This document shows positions 32,162 to 41,710 of a stretch of 64,000 nucleotides of DNA, in pieces. A model generated the notes under the pieces. The model worked only from the letters and a program-made list of their open reading frames with translations. It was not told where the DNA came from and made no database searches. This DNA is from an uncultured Acidobacteriota bacterium (GTDB lineage: Bacteria; Acidobacteriota; Vicinamibacteria; Vicinamibacterales; UBA2999). How positions within the stretch are numbered: the first letter of the stretch is position 1; every line of letters starts with the position of its first letter. Location of the stretch: contig CAVYZF010000001.1 of the NCBI GenBank assembly GCA_963772955.1, forward strand, positions 147,860-211,859. The letters run 5' to 3'. Position numbers and translations under genes: made by a program.

Positions 32162-33955
32162 TTATCCCACCGGCTTGAGGGGAATGAACGCGGCGGCCCC
32201 TTCCATCTGGACGTTGTGCCCCTTGACGGGCGGCAGATCCTGATACAGGAAGTCCCACTTCCAGCGTTCCGAGGGGTTCGATGCTTGCAGCCAGTTGCGG
32301 GCAGGAATCGGCCGCGTGAACGGCACCTTGTCGGCGTCCGCGTATGCGGCTGGCAAGGCGCCGGCGATCGCCTTCCGGACGTCGCTCGCCGACTGGTACG
32401 AAAGCGGCAGACCGAGGAGTCGACCGAGGTTCGCCAGAATCTGCCAATCCTCCATGGCTTCTCCCGGCGGTGCGATCGCTCGCGACGCACCCTGCACCTT
32501 CCCCTGATCGTTCGTGTAGATCGCGTCCTTTTCGACCCACGCCGCTCCCGGCAGGACGATGTCCGCAGCTCCGGCGAGCTCCGACATCACGACCCCCTGC
32601 ACCACGAGCAGCGGTAACGACCCATCTCGCCGAGCGGCGGTTATCCATGAGACATCGCCGATGGACCCGTCCGGCCCGGGGTCCACCACATACAGGGCTT
32701 TGACGCGTCCCGACGCGATTGCGGTGCGAAGTGCCGAGGTGTCCGCAGCGTGGCCGTTACCCTGGCCAATAGCGAAGCCCACGTCACGCGCACCGTTGAC
32801 GTTGGGCGCATCGGTCGTCGGCACGAGGAACTTCGCACTAGCGGGCTGCTTCTTCTCGCTGTTCTTCCAGGTCATCGTCACGGAGTTCATGCCGTCGTTG
32901 CCAAGCAGCCCGTTGACAACTTCCTTGAGAACAAAGAGGTCCTCAGTGGACGCGTGCGCTGACACCAGGAACCGCACCGATGATGGATCAGCAGATCCTG
33001 CGGACTGAATCGCGTCACGGAGCTTTGGACCGACGTCGTGCCAGGCGACCGGCTCGAGCGTCTTGCCGTTGCGCACCATCGGACGACGCAGTCGCGTGTT
33101 TCCCTCGACCCAGTGGTAGTCGAAGCGCCCGATGTCGCACATCCAGTAGCCGTTGATCTCGGGGTTCAGGCGTGGCGTCATGCGAATCAGACGCGAGCCC
33201 TTCGCCCATTCCGGCTTTGCCTTCTGCCACGCGCTCGTATTGCAACCCTTCGAGCACATCGTGCAGGTGGTGTCGACGACGCCGGGGTTGTCCCATGGCC
33301 GGCTCTTGAACCGATACTCCCTGGTCGTGATCGCGCCGACCGGGCACACATCCATCAGGTTGCCGGACAGGAGCGAGTGCACGCCCTCTTCACGGAACGT
33401 CGCGATCTCACTGCCGTTGCCGCGATCGGCGATGCTGATCTGCGCGTCGCCATCGATCTCGCGCATGAAGCGAACGCATCGCGTGCAGAGGATGCAGCGG
33501 TTGCGGTTCAGCATCAGCGTCGGACCGAAGTCGACGTCTGCCCTCACGCCCTCGCCATCGAACACGCGACGCGGGAAGTCCATTCGGCTCTCGGCGGGAC
33601 CGAAGCTGTACGAGAAATCCTGCAGCGGACATTCGCCGCCCTTGTCGCACACCGGGCAGTCGAGCGGATGGTTCACGAGCAGGAACTCGAGGACGCCGGC
33701 TCGCGCCGTGGTCGTCTCGGCATCCCGAGTCGTCACCACCATGCCCTCAGTGCAGACCGTGGAGCACGAGGTCTGCAGCTTTGGCATCTTCTCGATCTTG
33801 ACGATGCATACGCGGCAGGAGCCGTCGACGGTCAGACCGGGATGAAAACAGTAATAGGGAACCGAGATACCGGCTTCGATTGCGGCCTGCAGGACGGTCT
33901 GGCCTTTGGCGACCGTCACCTGCCGTCCGTCGATGGTCAGGGACACCGTTTCCAT
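32162..33955 (-). CDS. nuoG: NuoG-like NADH-quinone oxidoreductase 75-kDa-type subunit (2Fe-2S + 4Fe-4S + molybdopterin-oxidoreductase-like fold), not within a nuo operon here
   Basis: VSLTIDGRQVTV...YYCFHPGLTVDGSCRVCIV (2Fe-2S), HPLDCPVCDKGGECPLQD, CILCTRCVRF and CPVGAITT cluster motifs, and a NuoG-type C-terminal domain. Confidence 0.8.
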   Translation of the reverse strand: METVSLTIDGRQVTVAKGQTVLQAAIEAGISVPYYCFHPGLTVDGSCRVCIVKIEKMPKLQTSCSTVCTEGMVVTTRDAETTTARAGVLEFLLVNHPLDCPVCDKGGECPLQDFSYSFGPAESRMDFPRRVFDGEGVRADVDFGPTLMLNRNRCILCTRCVRFMREIDGDAQISIADRGNGSEIATFREEGVHSLLSGNLMDVCPVGAITTREYRFKSRPWDNPGVVDTTCTMCSKGCNTSAWQKAKPEWAKGSRLIRMTPRLNPEINGYWMCDIGRFDYHWVEGNTRLRRPMVRNGKTLEPVAWHDVGPKLRDAIQSAGSADPSSVRFLVSAHASTEDLFVLKEVVNGLLGNDGMNSVTMTWKNSEKKQPASAKFLVPTTDAPNVNGARDVGFAIGQGNGHAADTSALRTAIASGRVKALYVVDPGPDGSIGDVSWITAARRDGSLPLLVVQGVVMSELAGAADIVLPGAAWVEKDAIYTNDQGKVQGASRAIAPPGEAMEDWQILANLGRLLGLPLSYQSASDVRKAIAGALPAAYADADKVPFTRPIPARNWLQASNPSERWKWDFLYQDLPPVKGHNVQMEGAAAFIPLKPVG

Positions 33956-33991
33956 AACCGGTCGATCATATCCCGAGGCTCGGCTGCCAGC

Positions 33992-36652
33992 CTACCCTTC
34001 GACGAACTCGGCGAGGGAGGCTGAGTCCTGATTGATCTGGACCCGGCGGACGGGACCGTCCGTTGGGATGGAACGCTCGACCTGGGCGTCACTCACCGGG
34101 ATCACGACGGTGCTCGTTCGACCGTCGGCGTAGGTGAGCGTGACCGTTACGGGAATGTCAAAAACCTGGTCGCCAGCCTGCTCGAATCGGACGACGACCT
34201 GCTTGTCGCCGATCTGAGAGCCGTAGCGCACGCGGGGAATCCCGCTTCCATAAATCCATCTCTCGAAGAAGCGATCGAGCACACGACCGGACGCGCCCTC
34301 CATTGCGCGCTCGAAGTCTTCGGTGCCGGCCTTCTGATAGCGCCGGTCCATGTAGAACCGGCGCAGTCCGCGGAAGAAGACTTCGTCACCGAGCAGGCGT
34401 CGCAACATGTGCAACACCGCCGCGCCCTTGTTGTAGACCAGGGCTCGGAAGACTCGAGCGTCGCGCTTGACGTGCCCAAGCCGGGAGCCCAGGTGGACAG
34501 GGCCTTGATCTGAGTCAGAAAGAGACCACCGGCGGAACTGCCGCAGCATGTCGAAGAACACGCGATCGCCGCGCGAGCGCTGCGCATAAAGCGCGGCGAA
34601 GTATTGCGCGAAGCCCTCGCTGATCCACTGCTCGTGGTAGTTCTTCCAGCCGATCGCCTGGCCCCACCATTGGTGTGCCAGTTCGTGTGCGAGGAAGAAC
34701 TGCGGAAAGCCTTCGAACGAAGCCGGATCGCCACGCCAGTTCAGTGTTGCAAAGGACTGAGGTGTGTTGAGGACTGCAAAGTATCCGGGGCTGTGGCCGC
34801 CCGGCAGGTCGCCTTCAAGAAGCGCGACCGTGGCCGAGGTGTACGGCGCATCACCCATCAGCGACGAATAAAACTGAAGGATGCTTTGGGTGTCCTGCGC
34901 TACCTGCCGGCTCTGTCCGCGAAGACTGTTGTGCGCGAACACGCTGACCGTGATCGAGTCGACTCCAGACCCGGGATCTGTCTGATTCTCGATGACGACC
35001 TTGCCGTCTCCAATGCGCACCAGACGCGAGACGACGAGCGCAAGATAACGGAGCGGCTGGTCGGCGCGGAACGCGAAGACCGGTCCGCCGTCCTGGCCGG
35101 AAAGGATGTCGCGAAGCGAAACGATGTCGCCTGGCGCAACGGGGTGACCACTCGCGACGCACGTAAACCCGGGCGGAACGAAGATGCGGAGCGATGCCGT
35201 CGCGTAGTCGGGAACGGGATTCTGTGGGTACCAGTAAGCACGGTTGCTGAGAAGAATGGACGGTTCTCTGTTCTCGCTGACGGGAGCCTGCTCCTGCGGG
35301 TCGGGCGCGAGCGCGATCGTGTCGGAGTCGAGCTCCTGATTCAGCACCGGGCCCGCGTAAGTGATCACGAGCGTCAGATCGGAATCCTGCACGACGATGC
35401 GAGGGAGATTGACGACGACTGTGTTCTGGCCGCGAATCCGAAGATGCAGGAGGCGCCCGTACTCGACGCTCGTCACGCTGGACACGGCGAGCGTTTCTGC
35501 CAGTCGCAGCCGTAGCGTGGAGACCGATGTCGAGCGCACGCGAATCAACAGCCGTGCGCGCCCCCTCAGCGTGTTGCGCTCCGGATCGACGGACGCCTCG
35601 ACGCTGTAGTCCAGCACATCGTAGTCGCGCAGTGCATCGTCGCTGTAGAAGCGACCGCGTGCGGCCAGCTTGCCGACGGACGCATAGAGCGCGAGGGTGA
35701 GGCGATCCTTTCGACGAAAGACGCTGATGTCCTCTGCCTGTTCCGCGGTGAGTGTGTAGGTGAGTACGTCGAAGCGTCGCGTGTCAACTTCGGCAAGGAA
35801 GTCGCCGATCGGAGGAAGCAGGTACCAATCGTCTGGACTGAGGTCCTGCAGATCGACGTTGAACGACTTCGTTGCGTTCTGGGCGAAGACATCTTCGGCG
35901 CGTCTCAGCAGGCGAGCATCGGGCACGGCTTCCGTCAGTGTCGCCGCCGCCACCCGTTGGTTGTAGTCCGATGGACTCATTCGCACGAACGCCGATTCGA
36001 ACGGCGAGGTGAGCGTGTCACTGCCTGAAAACAACCGGAGCTGTCCGCGCTCGGCAGCGGCCGTTGGCGAGAACGTCATCGTGCCGCGGCCGAGCAGAAT
36101 CAACCCCGTCACGCCATCGTCGCACTCCACTCGGAAGACCGTGCCTTCGGACAACTGAAGGACGAGATCTTCCGATGTGATCTCCAGATTGTGCGCGGTC
36201 AGCGGACGCTTGTCGATCCGCAGTTTGTACAAGCCTTCGACGAAGGTGAGTCCTGCGGCGCCAGCGAACTTCCATGAAGAGAGATCTCCTCCGGCGGGCC
36301 GGCGCATGTCCATGCTCGTCGTCAGAATGCGTGCGCGTCCGGGCGTCTCGATGAAGAACTCGACGACGAGGCTGTACCCGTCTCCTGGTGGAGCACCTTC
36401 GAGCGGTGAACGATCGCGCAGGCGAACAGTCGTCTTGACCGCGCCCGGCATCAAGAGACTTCCGAGATAGAGCTCGACTTCGGAGTTTGCGACCTCCGGC
36501 GAGAACATGCCGATCAGCGCCGGTCGATCGTTCTGATTGAGTGCCCGCTCGAATCTGCCGAGGAGAGGCCCGACTGGGTCAGGCTGCGTCGTCTGGGCTG
36601 ACGACGAGGATGCCCAACCGTAGACGAACGCCAGCACCAGGAGCCATCTCAT
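33992..36652 (-). CDS. Secreted M1-family zinc aminopeptidase with long N-terminal extension
   Basis: Signal peptide (MRWLLVLAFVYGWASSSSAQ). Gluzincin motif FLAHELAHQWWG plus downstream WISEGFAQYF (third Zn ligand Glu). Confidence 0.8.
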   Translation of the reverse strand: MRWLLVLAFVYGWASSSSAQTTQPDPVGPLLGRFERALNQNDRPALIGMFSPEVANSEVELYLGSLLMPGAVKTTVRLRDRSPLEGAPPGDGYSLVVEFFIETPGRARILTTSMDMRRPAGGDLSSWKFAGAAGLTFVEGLYKLRIDKRPLTAHNLEITSEDLVLQLSEGTVFRVECDDGVTGLILLGRGTMTFSPTAAAERGQLRLFSGSDTLTSPFESAFVRMSPSDYNQRVAAATLTEAVPDARLLRRAEDVFAQNATKSFNVDLQDLSPDDWYLLPPIGDFLAEVDTRRFDVLTYTLTAEQAEDISVFRRKDRLTLALYASVGKLAARGRFYSDDALRDYDVLDYSVEASVDPERNTLRGRARLLIRVRSTSVSTLRLRLAETLAVSSVTSVEYGRLLHLRIRGQNTVVVNLPRIVVQDSDLTLVITYAGPVLNQELDSDTIALAPDPQEQAPVSENREPSILLSNRAYWYPQNPVPDYATASLRIFVPPGFTCVASGHPVAPGDIVSLRDILSGQDGGPVFAFRADQPLRYLALVVSRLVRIGDGKVVIENQTDPGSGVDSITVSVFAHNSLRGQSRQVAQDTQSILQFYSSLMGDAPYTSATVALLEGDLPGGHSPGYFAVLNTPQSFATLNWRGDPASFEGFPQFFLAHELAHQWWGQAIGWKNYHEQWISEGFAQYFAALYAQRSRGDRVFFDMLRQFRRWSLSDSDQGPVHLGSRLGHVKRDARVFRALVYNKGAAVLHMLRRLLGDEVFFRGLRRFYMDRRYQKAGTEDFERAMEGASGRVLDRFFERWIYGSGIPRVRYGSQIGDKQVVVRFEQAGDQVFDIPVTVTLTYADGRTSTVVIPVSDAQVERSIPTDGPVRRVQINQDSASLAEFVEG

Positions 36653-36711
36653 CGTGGAGAACCGGCTACATTAGACGCCAACTGACAAGGGACCGTCACC
36701 GGGTCAGAAAC

Positions 36712-37884
36712 TTAGACAACGGCGACCGTCTGAATGGGCAATGGTGGCAGACGGCGAAGTGCGAGCACCGTGAGATCGTCCAGCAGGCGCCGCTCCCGGC
36801 TGTGGGTTTCGACGGCCTCGAACAGCGCCCACCCCAACTCTTTCGCCGACGCCCAACCCTGGCTATCGACGACAGTCTGCACACCCGCCTCATCGAACGG
36901 CTGGTCGAACGTGTCCTCGGCTTCGGTGATGCCGTCGCTGTACATCACGAGGACATCGCCTGGTTCGAGTACCGTGGCGCCTGTCGTGTAGGTCGCGTTC
37001 TCGAACATCCCGAGTGCCATCCCACCCGCGCGCAGGCGTTCGTAGGATCCGTTGCCACGACGGAGCAGCGGAGGATTCTGTCCGGCGTTGACGTACGACA
37101 ACTCGCCGGTCGCAGGGTTCAGCACCGAGAGGAAGAGCGTCACGAATCGTGAATGCGGCAACGAGTGTCTGCCGATCTGCACATTGAGTCGACTCACCAG
37201 GTCGGCGCCCTGGAGACCTTCGTCGATCAGCGTCCGCATCATCGCGAGGAGCAGCGCCATGAGGAGCGCGGCGGGGCTCCCTTTGCCGGCGACATCACCA
37301 AGCGCGAGAAGGACGCGTCCGTCCGGTAGCGGCACGATGTCGTAAAAATCGCCGCCGACCGTGTTCGCCGGGCGCGTCATCCCGAAGGCTTCGATGCCGG
37401 GCGCTTTGAATGCTGCCCGCGGCAGCATCGACTGCTGAATCTCGCGAGCGATCTCGAGATCGTTCTTGAGCGAGAGACGGTCCGCGACTTCGAGCAGCAC
37501 GAGCAGATTCACGAGCAGGAATCCTGCGAGCAGCCACAACGTTCCTGGTGCAAACGCCGGATGCGGAATCAGCAGGAAGTGGACTTCACGAAAGAGCTCC
37601 ATCAATCCGATCAGGCTGGAGAGGAGCGCGATGCCGTAGATCAATCTCCGCGCGGGCGTCAGCTTGAGCGTGAAGGCGAGAAAGAGCAGCCGCGCGCGTC
37701 CCAGCATCCGCAGATGCCAGGGTTGTTTCTTCAGTTCGTCGAAGTCGATGTTTCGCGAAAAGAACTTGTAGGCCTCGAGCGTGTCGCGCGTGAAGAGGCG
37801 CTCGATGTCCACCTTCGTCAGACCACGAGTGTAGGTCTCGAAAAATGGGCCGCCAGTCTGGCGTGGCAGCGGAGGAACTTTCAT
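36712..37884 (-). CDS. Membrane-anchored PP2C/SpoIIE-family serine phosphatase
   Basis: Three hydrophobic segments in the N-terminal half. PP2C motifs are GGDFYDIVPL, ALGDVAGKGSPAALLMA and MYSDGITEA. Confidence 0.8.
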   Translation of the reverse strand: MKVPPLPRQTGGPFFETYTRGLTKVDIERLFTRDTLEAYKFFSRNIDFDELKKQPWHLRMLGRARLLFLAFTLKLTPARRLIYGIALLSSLIGLMELFREVHFLLIPHPAFAPGTLWLLAGFLLVNLLVLLEVADRLSLKNDLEIAREIQQSMLPRAAFKAPGIEAFGMTRPANTVGGDFYDIVPLPDGRVLLALGDVAGKGSPAALLMALLLAMMRTLIDEGLQGADLVSRLNVQIGRHSLPHSRFVTLFLSVLNPATGELSYVNAGQNPPLLRRGNGSYERLRAGGMALGMFENATYTTGATVLEPGDVLVMYSDGITEAEDTFDQPFDEAGVQTVVDSQGWASAKELGWALFEAVETHSRERRLLDDLTVLALRRLPPLPIQTVAVV

Positions 37885-37924
37885 GGGTAACGAGGGATCT
37901 TAGATCGGCCCGCGCGTCTTCCCT

Positions 37925-39106
37925 TCAGATAATTCCTAGCTCGACCCCAACTTTCTTGAACGTGTCCAGCGCGTACTGAAGGTCCGTCTGGGTGTGCGAA
38001 GCCGTCACAATGGTGCGGACCCGTGCCTTGTCGCGCGCAACCGTGGGAAATGTGATTCCCTGAGCGAAGACGCCCTCCTCGAAGAGACGATCGGAGAGCC
38101 TGACCGCAAGCGAGCTCTCACCAACGATCACTGGCGTAATCGGGCTTTCGCTCATGCCGGTATTGAAGCCGAGCGCTTCGAGGCCAGCCTTGAAGAACCT
38201 CGTGTTTTCCCACAGTCGTTCCATCCACCGTGCTTCGGTTTCGAGCACATCGATGGCGGCCAGGCAGGTCGCGGCCACAGACGGCGGGTGTGACGTGGAG
38301 AAAAGAAAGGGTCGGGCTCTCCGGTAGAGGAACTCGATCAGCGATTGCGATCCGGCGACGTACCCGCCGAGCGCGCCGAGCGCTTTCGAGAGAGTACCGA
38401 CCTGGACGTCGACGCGGCCGTGGAGACCGAAATGATCGACAGTGCCGCGGCCCTGCGCCCCGAATACGCCGCTGGCGTGTGCATCATCGACCATCATGAT
38501 GCAGCCGAACTCGTCTGCTATGTCACAGAGACCAGGCAACGCTCCCAAATCGCCGTCCATGCTGAAGACGCCATCGGTGATGAGCAATATTCGCTGACCG
38601 CGCGGAAGGCCGGTAAGAATCGCGCGCGCCGCCGCGACGTCGCGATGCGGAAACACCTTGATCGTCGCGCGACTCAAGCGAGCACCATCAATGATGCTTG
38701 CGTGATTCAGTTCGTCCGAGACGATGACGTCGTCGCGACCCAGGAGAGCAGCGACGGTTCCTGCATTTGCCGCGAAGCCACTCTGGAAAACGACGGCGGC
38801 CTCTGTCTTCTTGAACACCGCGAGCCGGCGCTCGAGCTCCATGTGGATCTGCATCGTGCCCGCGATCGTTCGCACAGAGCCCGTGCCTACGCCGAGCGAC
38901 GACAGCGCCGCGACCGCACGTTCACGAAGCCGCGGGTGCGATGTGAATCCGAGATAGTTGTTCGACGAGAGATTGACGACCGAACGGTGGTCGATGAAGG
39001 TGCGCGCGCCCTGTTCACCGTCAAGCACCCGCAACGGGCGGAAAAGGCCCTGCTCGCGTAGTGAGCTCAGCTCCGTATCAAGGTACGCGAGCGGGTCGGT
39101 ACGCAC
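37925..39106 (-). CDS. kbl: Glycine C-acetyltransferase (2-amino-3-ketobutyrate CoA ligase)
   Basis: NNYLGF, VRTIAGT (Kbl-like rather than BioF-like), SDELNHASIIDG, DGVFSMDGD, DDAHASG and GTLSKALG (PLP lysine). I trimmed the start to GTG 39106 (MRTDPLAYLD...), because the longer track ORF would overlap the upstream aminotransferase gene. Confidence 0.8.
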   Translation of the reverse strand: MRTDPLAYLDTELSSLREQGLFRPLRVLDGEQGARTFIDHRSVVNLSSNNYLGFTSHPRLRERAVAALSSLGVGTGSVRTIAGTMQIHMELERRLAVFKKTEAAVVFQSGFAANAGTVAALLGRDDVIVSDELNHASIIDGARLSRATIKVFPHRDVAAARAILTGLPRGQRILLITDGVFSMDGDLGALPGLCDIADEFGCIMMVDDAHASGVFGAQGRGTVDHFGLHGRVDVQVGTLSKALGALGGYVAGSQSLIEFLYRRARPFLFSTSHPPSVAATCLAAIDVLETEARWMERLWENTRFFKAGLEALGFNTGMSESPITPVIVGESSLAVRLSDRLFEEGVFAQGITFPTVARDKARVRTIVTASHTQTDLQYALDTFKKVGVELGII

Positions 39107-39110
39107 GTTC

Positions 39111-40328
39111 CTAACCGCGCGCCAGGTAGTCGCGCGTGAATGCTCCGATGTCCGTGTAGATGCTCGCGAGCTCTTGTGGATTCGCGAGGAACACGATGCG
39201 GAAGTAGCCGCCGCTTGCAGGGACGCCGAAGCCCGAGCCATTCACACAGAGGATTCCCGTCTCGCGCAACAGGCTCAACACGAAGTGCTCGTCCGTGCGG
39301 CCCGGTGGCAACGACACCGAGGGAAGCACGTAGAACGCCGCCTTCGGCGCCACGCATCGCATGCCCGGAATCGCATTGAGCATCTCGGTCGTCACACGCC
39401 CGCGTTCCGCCAGTGCCGCTCTGAACGTCACCTGATGCGAACGATCGCCGGTGAGGGCCGCCTCCACCGCGTAGTTCATCGGTCCAGGGCTACACAGTCG
39501 ACCGTCCGCGAGCTTCTTGACCGCCGCAAGCGCGTCATCGAGTCGTGGCGTCGATCCAACGACCATCCATCCAGCGCGCCACCCCGGCGCGAGGTACGCC
39601 TTCGACAGACTCGAGAACGAAATGACAGGCGCATCGAGGTCATAGCTGCCGAGCAGCGGGAGCGATCCGCTGAATCCAAGATCGCCGTACACCTCGTCGG
39701 CGAGAATCGTCAGATCGTGACGCTCCGCAAACTCGATGAGCGCGCGTCGCACCGCAGGTGGATACACCGCGCCAGTCGGGTTGTTGGGATCGATGACCAC
39801 GAGCGCGCGCGTGCGAGACGTGACAAGGCTTCGCAGGTGCTCGAGATCGGGAAGCCAGTCATCATCAGGATCGGTGCGGTAGTAACGCGGCTGCGCGCCA
39901 ATCTTCGCAAGGATCGCCGTGTATAACGGGTACGTCGGCGATGGCACGAGCACGTCGTCGCCTTCATCGACGAGCGCGTTCAGCGCGAGCTCGATCCCCT
40001 CGGAAGTTCCCGTCGTGATCAGAACGCGATCGGGCGAGACAGGAACACCACGCGCCGCGTAGTCCTCCGCCACTGCTACGCGCGCGGATTCGATCCCGGC
40101 AGACGGCACGTAACCATTGTGGCCATCCCGCATCGCGCGAGTCGCGGCTTCAACAAGATGCGTCGGCGTGTGGAACCCGAAGGCCACAGGGTCGCCGATA
40201 TTCAGGTAGCGAACACGTCGTCCCTGAGCCTCGACCGCCTTTGCCTCAGCGACGATGTTGCGAATCGCGTAGGTAAAGCGGTGGACTCGCCCGGCGACCG
40301 GCACGGGGCGGGAATTACGTGTTGGCAT
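39111..40328 (-). CDS. Class I/II PLP-dependent aminotransferase (AlaA-like)
   Basis: YAIRNIVAEAKAVEAQGRRVRYLNIGDP..FGF, NGYVPSAGIESAR and SFSSLSKAYLAPGWRAGW (PLP-lysine region). Confidence 0.8.
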   Translation of the reverse strand: MPTRNSRPVPVAGRVHRFTYAIRNIVAEAKAVEAQGRRVRYLNIGDPVAFGFHTPTHLVEAATRAMRDGHNGYVPSAGIESARVAVAEDYAARGVPVSPDRVLITTGTSEGIELALNALVDEGDDVLVPSPTYPLYTAILAKIGAQPRYYRTDPDDDWLPDLEHLRSLVTSRTRALVVIDPNNPTGAVYPPAVRRALIEFAERHDLTILADEVYGDLGFSGSLPLLGSYDLDAPVISFSSLSKAYLAPGWRAGWMVVGSTPRLDDALAAVKKLADGRLCSPGPMNYAVEAALTGDRSHQVTFRAALAERGRVTTEMLNAIPGMRCVAPKAAFYVLPSVSLPPGRTDEHFVLSLLRETGILCVNGSGFGVPASGGYFRIVFLANPQELASIYTDIGAFTRDYLARG

Positions 40329-40731
40329 CTGTTCATCTTAAGGGCTTCGGCCGCTTCGAGCGAGCCCGAGCACCAAGCTCGGCCGTATTGGGTCAGTCGT
40401 GTATCTCAATAACTAGTATATATTTCAGACAATTACGCGGACTCGTAAATCGAGTTCGGATTATTGGAGTCGTGATCGCGCAATTCTTACGCGGACATCA
40501 CGAGCGCCAACAAACTGTCGGAATTTCTCGAAGTTCCAGCCAAAGCGTTGAGCTCGACGTGCTAGAGCGTGAACACCAGAGCACAATTAACTAATAAGCT
40601 GAGGCCAGCTCAAAGTAACATTTACATATTCTCGCGGGTTATTCAGGTCGTCAAACCACCTGCCCGACCGTAAGTTGTTCAGCCATCACGATCGCGAGCG
40701 GTGGCAAGCGCATTGATACGATCCCGAGCGC

Positions 40732-41686
40732 ATGCGGAGATTGGCGGTTATCGCGTTAACGACCCTGGCAACAGTCGGGTCGGTATCCGCCCAGACTCCG
40801 ACTCAGCGGGACCCGTCACAGGCGCCTCAGGCGACGTTCAAGGCCAGTGTTGACCTGGTGACCGTGAGCGTCGCCGTGAGAGAGAACGGCCGGGTCGTTC
40901 GTGACCTCAAGCGCTCCGACTTCACGGTCGTCGATGCCGGGCAGCCTGCACCGATCAAGGACTTCTATGTCGGTGACTCGCCGATCAGCCTGGCGATTCT
41001 TCTCGACATCAGCGGCAGCATGGCGGTCGGCGGCAACATGGAGCGCGCCCGCGAAGCCGTGTCGGTCGCGACGATGAACCTGAGAGAGCAGTCCGATGAG
41101 GCCGCCCTCTTCACGTTCGATTCAGAGCTGCAGCAAGTGGTCAGCTTCACGAGGGATCTCGAACAAGTCCGCCGCGTGAGCCTCAAGGGCACCCCGTGGG
41201 GCAAGACATCTCTTTACGACGCAATCGCCGAGTGCCGCGACGACGGTAAGTCAGCGCAACAATCGGCATCGGGCAGTCCTCGTCATCACCGATGGTGTTG
41301 ACACCGGAAGCAGACTCTCCGCCGCTGAAGTGTCCGCGGTCGCCAACTCAATCGATGTTCCGGTGTACCTGCTGACGGTGGTCACGCCGATCGATCATCC
41401 TGGCTCCGAGTTCGAAGTTACGAGCGACAGCCGCTCCACGCAGACGGCCACGCTCGCGGATCTTGCACGCTGGACGGGTGGGGATATGCGCATCGCGAGC
41501 ACGCCGGCGCATACCTCCGTCGCGATTCAGGATCTGTTCACTGAGCTCCGGTATCAGTACTTGATCAGTTTCGAGCCTGGAGAACGTCCCGGGTGGCATC
41601 CACTCGAGATTCGTACGCGGAAGAAGGGTCTTGTCGTCCACGCGCGAGGCGGGTACATGTCGGGCCCTTCGCGCAGCGGAAGTTAG
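40732..41686 (+). pseudogene. VWFA-related 'Acidobacterial-type' von Willebrand A protein, interrupted by a +1 frameshift near 41233
   Basis: Signal peptide, then TFKASVDLVTVSVAVRENGRVVRDLKRSDFTVVDAG.., then the MIDAS region LLDISGSM. Frame 1 ends at 41301. Frame 2 reads through as ..AATTVSQRNNRHRAVLVITDGVDTGS...IDVPVYLL. Deleting T41233 joins both parts into one VWA protein. Confidence 0.75.
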
Positions 41687-41710
41687 TATCGTCATAGGGA
41701 GAAGAGAATC

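Noticed and set aside
32160-32648. N-terminal 163-aa extension of the dsbD ORF in the six-frame track
   Set aside because: It overlaps the 3' end of the nuoG-like gene and has a Gly/Arg-rich nonsense composition. A GTG at 32159 is followed directly by a signal peptide.
33038-34024. 328-aa plus-strand ORF, together with similar long ORFs at 38958-39926, 50399-51406, 53607-54578, 55419-56462, 56406-57368 and 23718-24770
   Set aside because: All lie antisense to or out of frame with genes that have strong family signatures (nuoG, kbl/aminotransferase, aminotransferase, glnS, rmuC, DUF1015, GAF-PP2C). All show the Arg/His/Asp-rich composition expected of non-coding frames in GC-rich DNA.
40319-40594. 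91-aa ORF inside the AT-richer spacer
   Set aside because: It has no RBS and an implausible low-complexity translation. Its start overlaps the aminotransferase start region on the other strand. I treat the region as non-coding.
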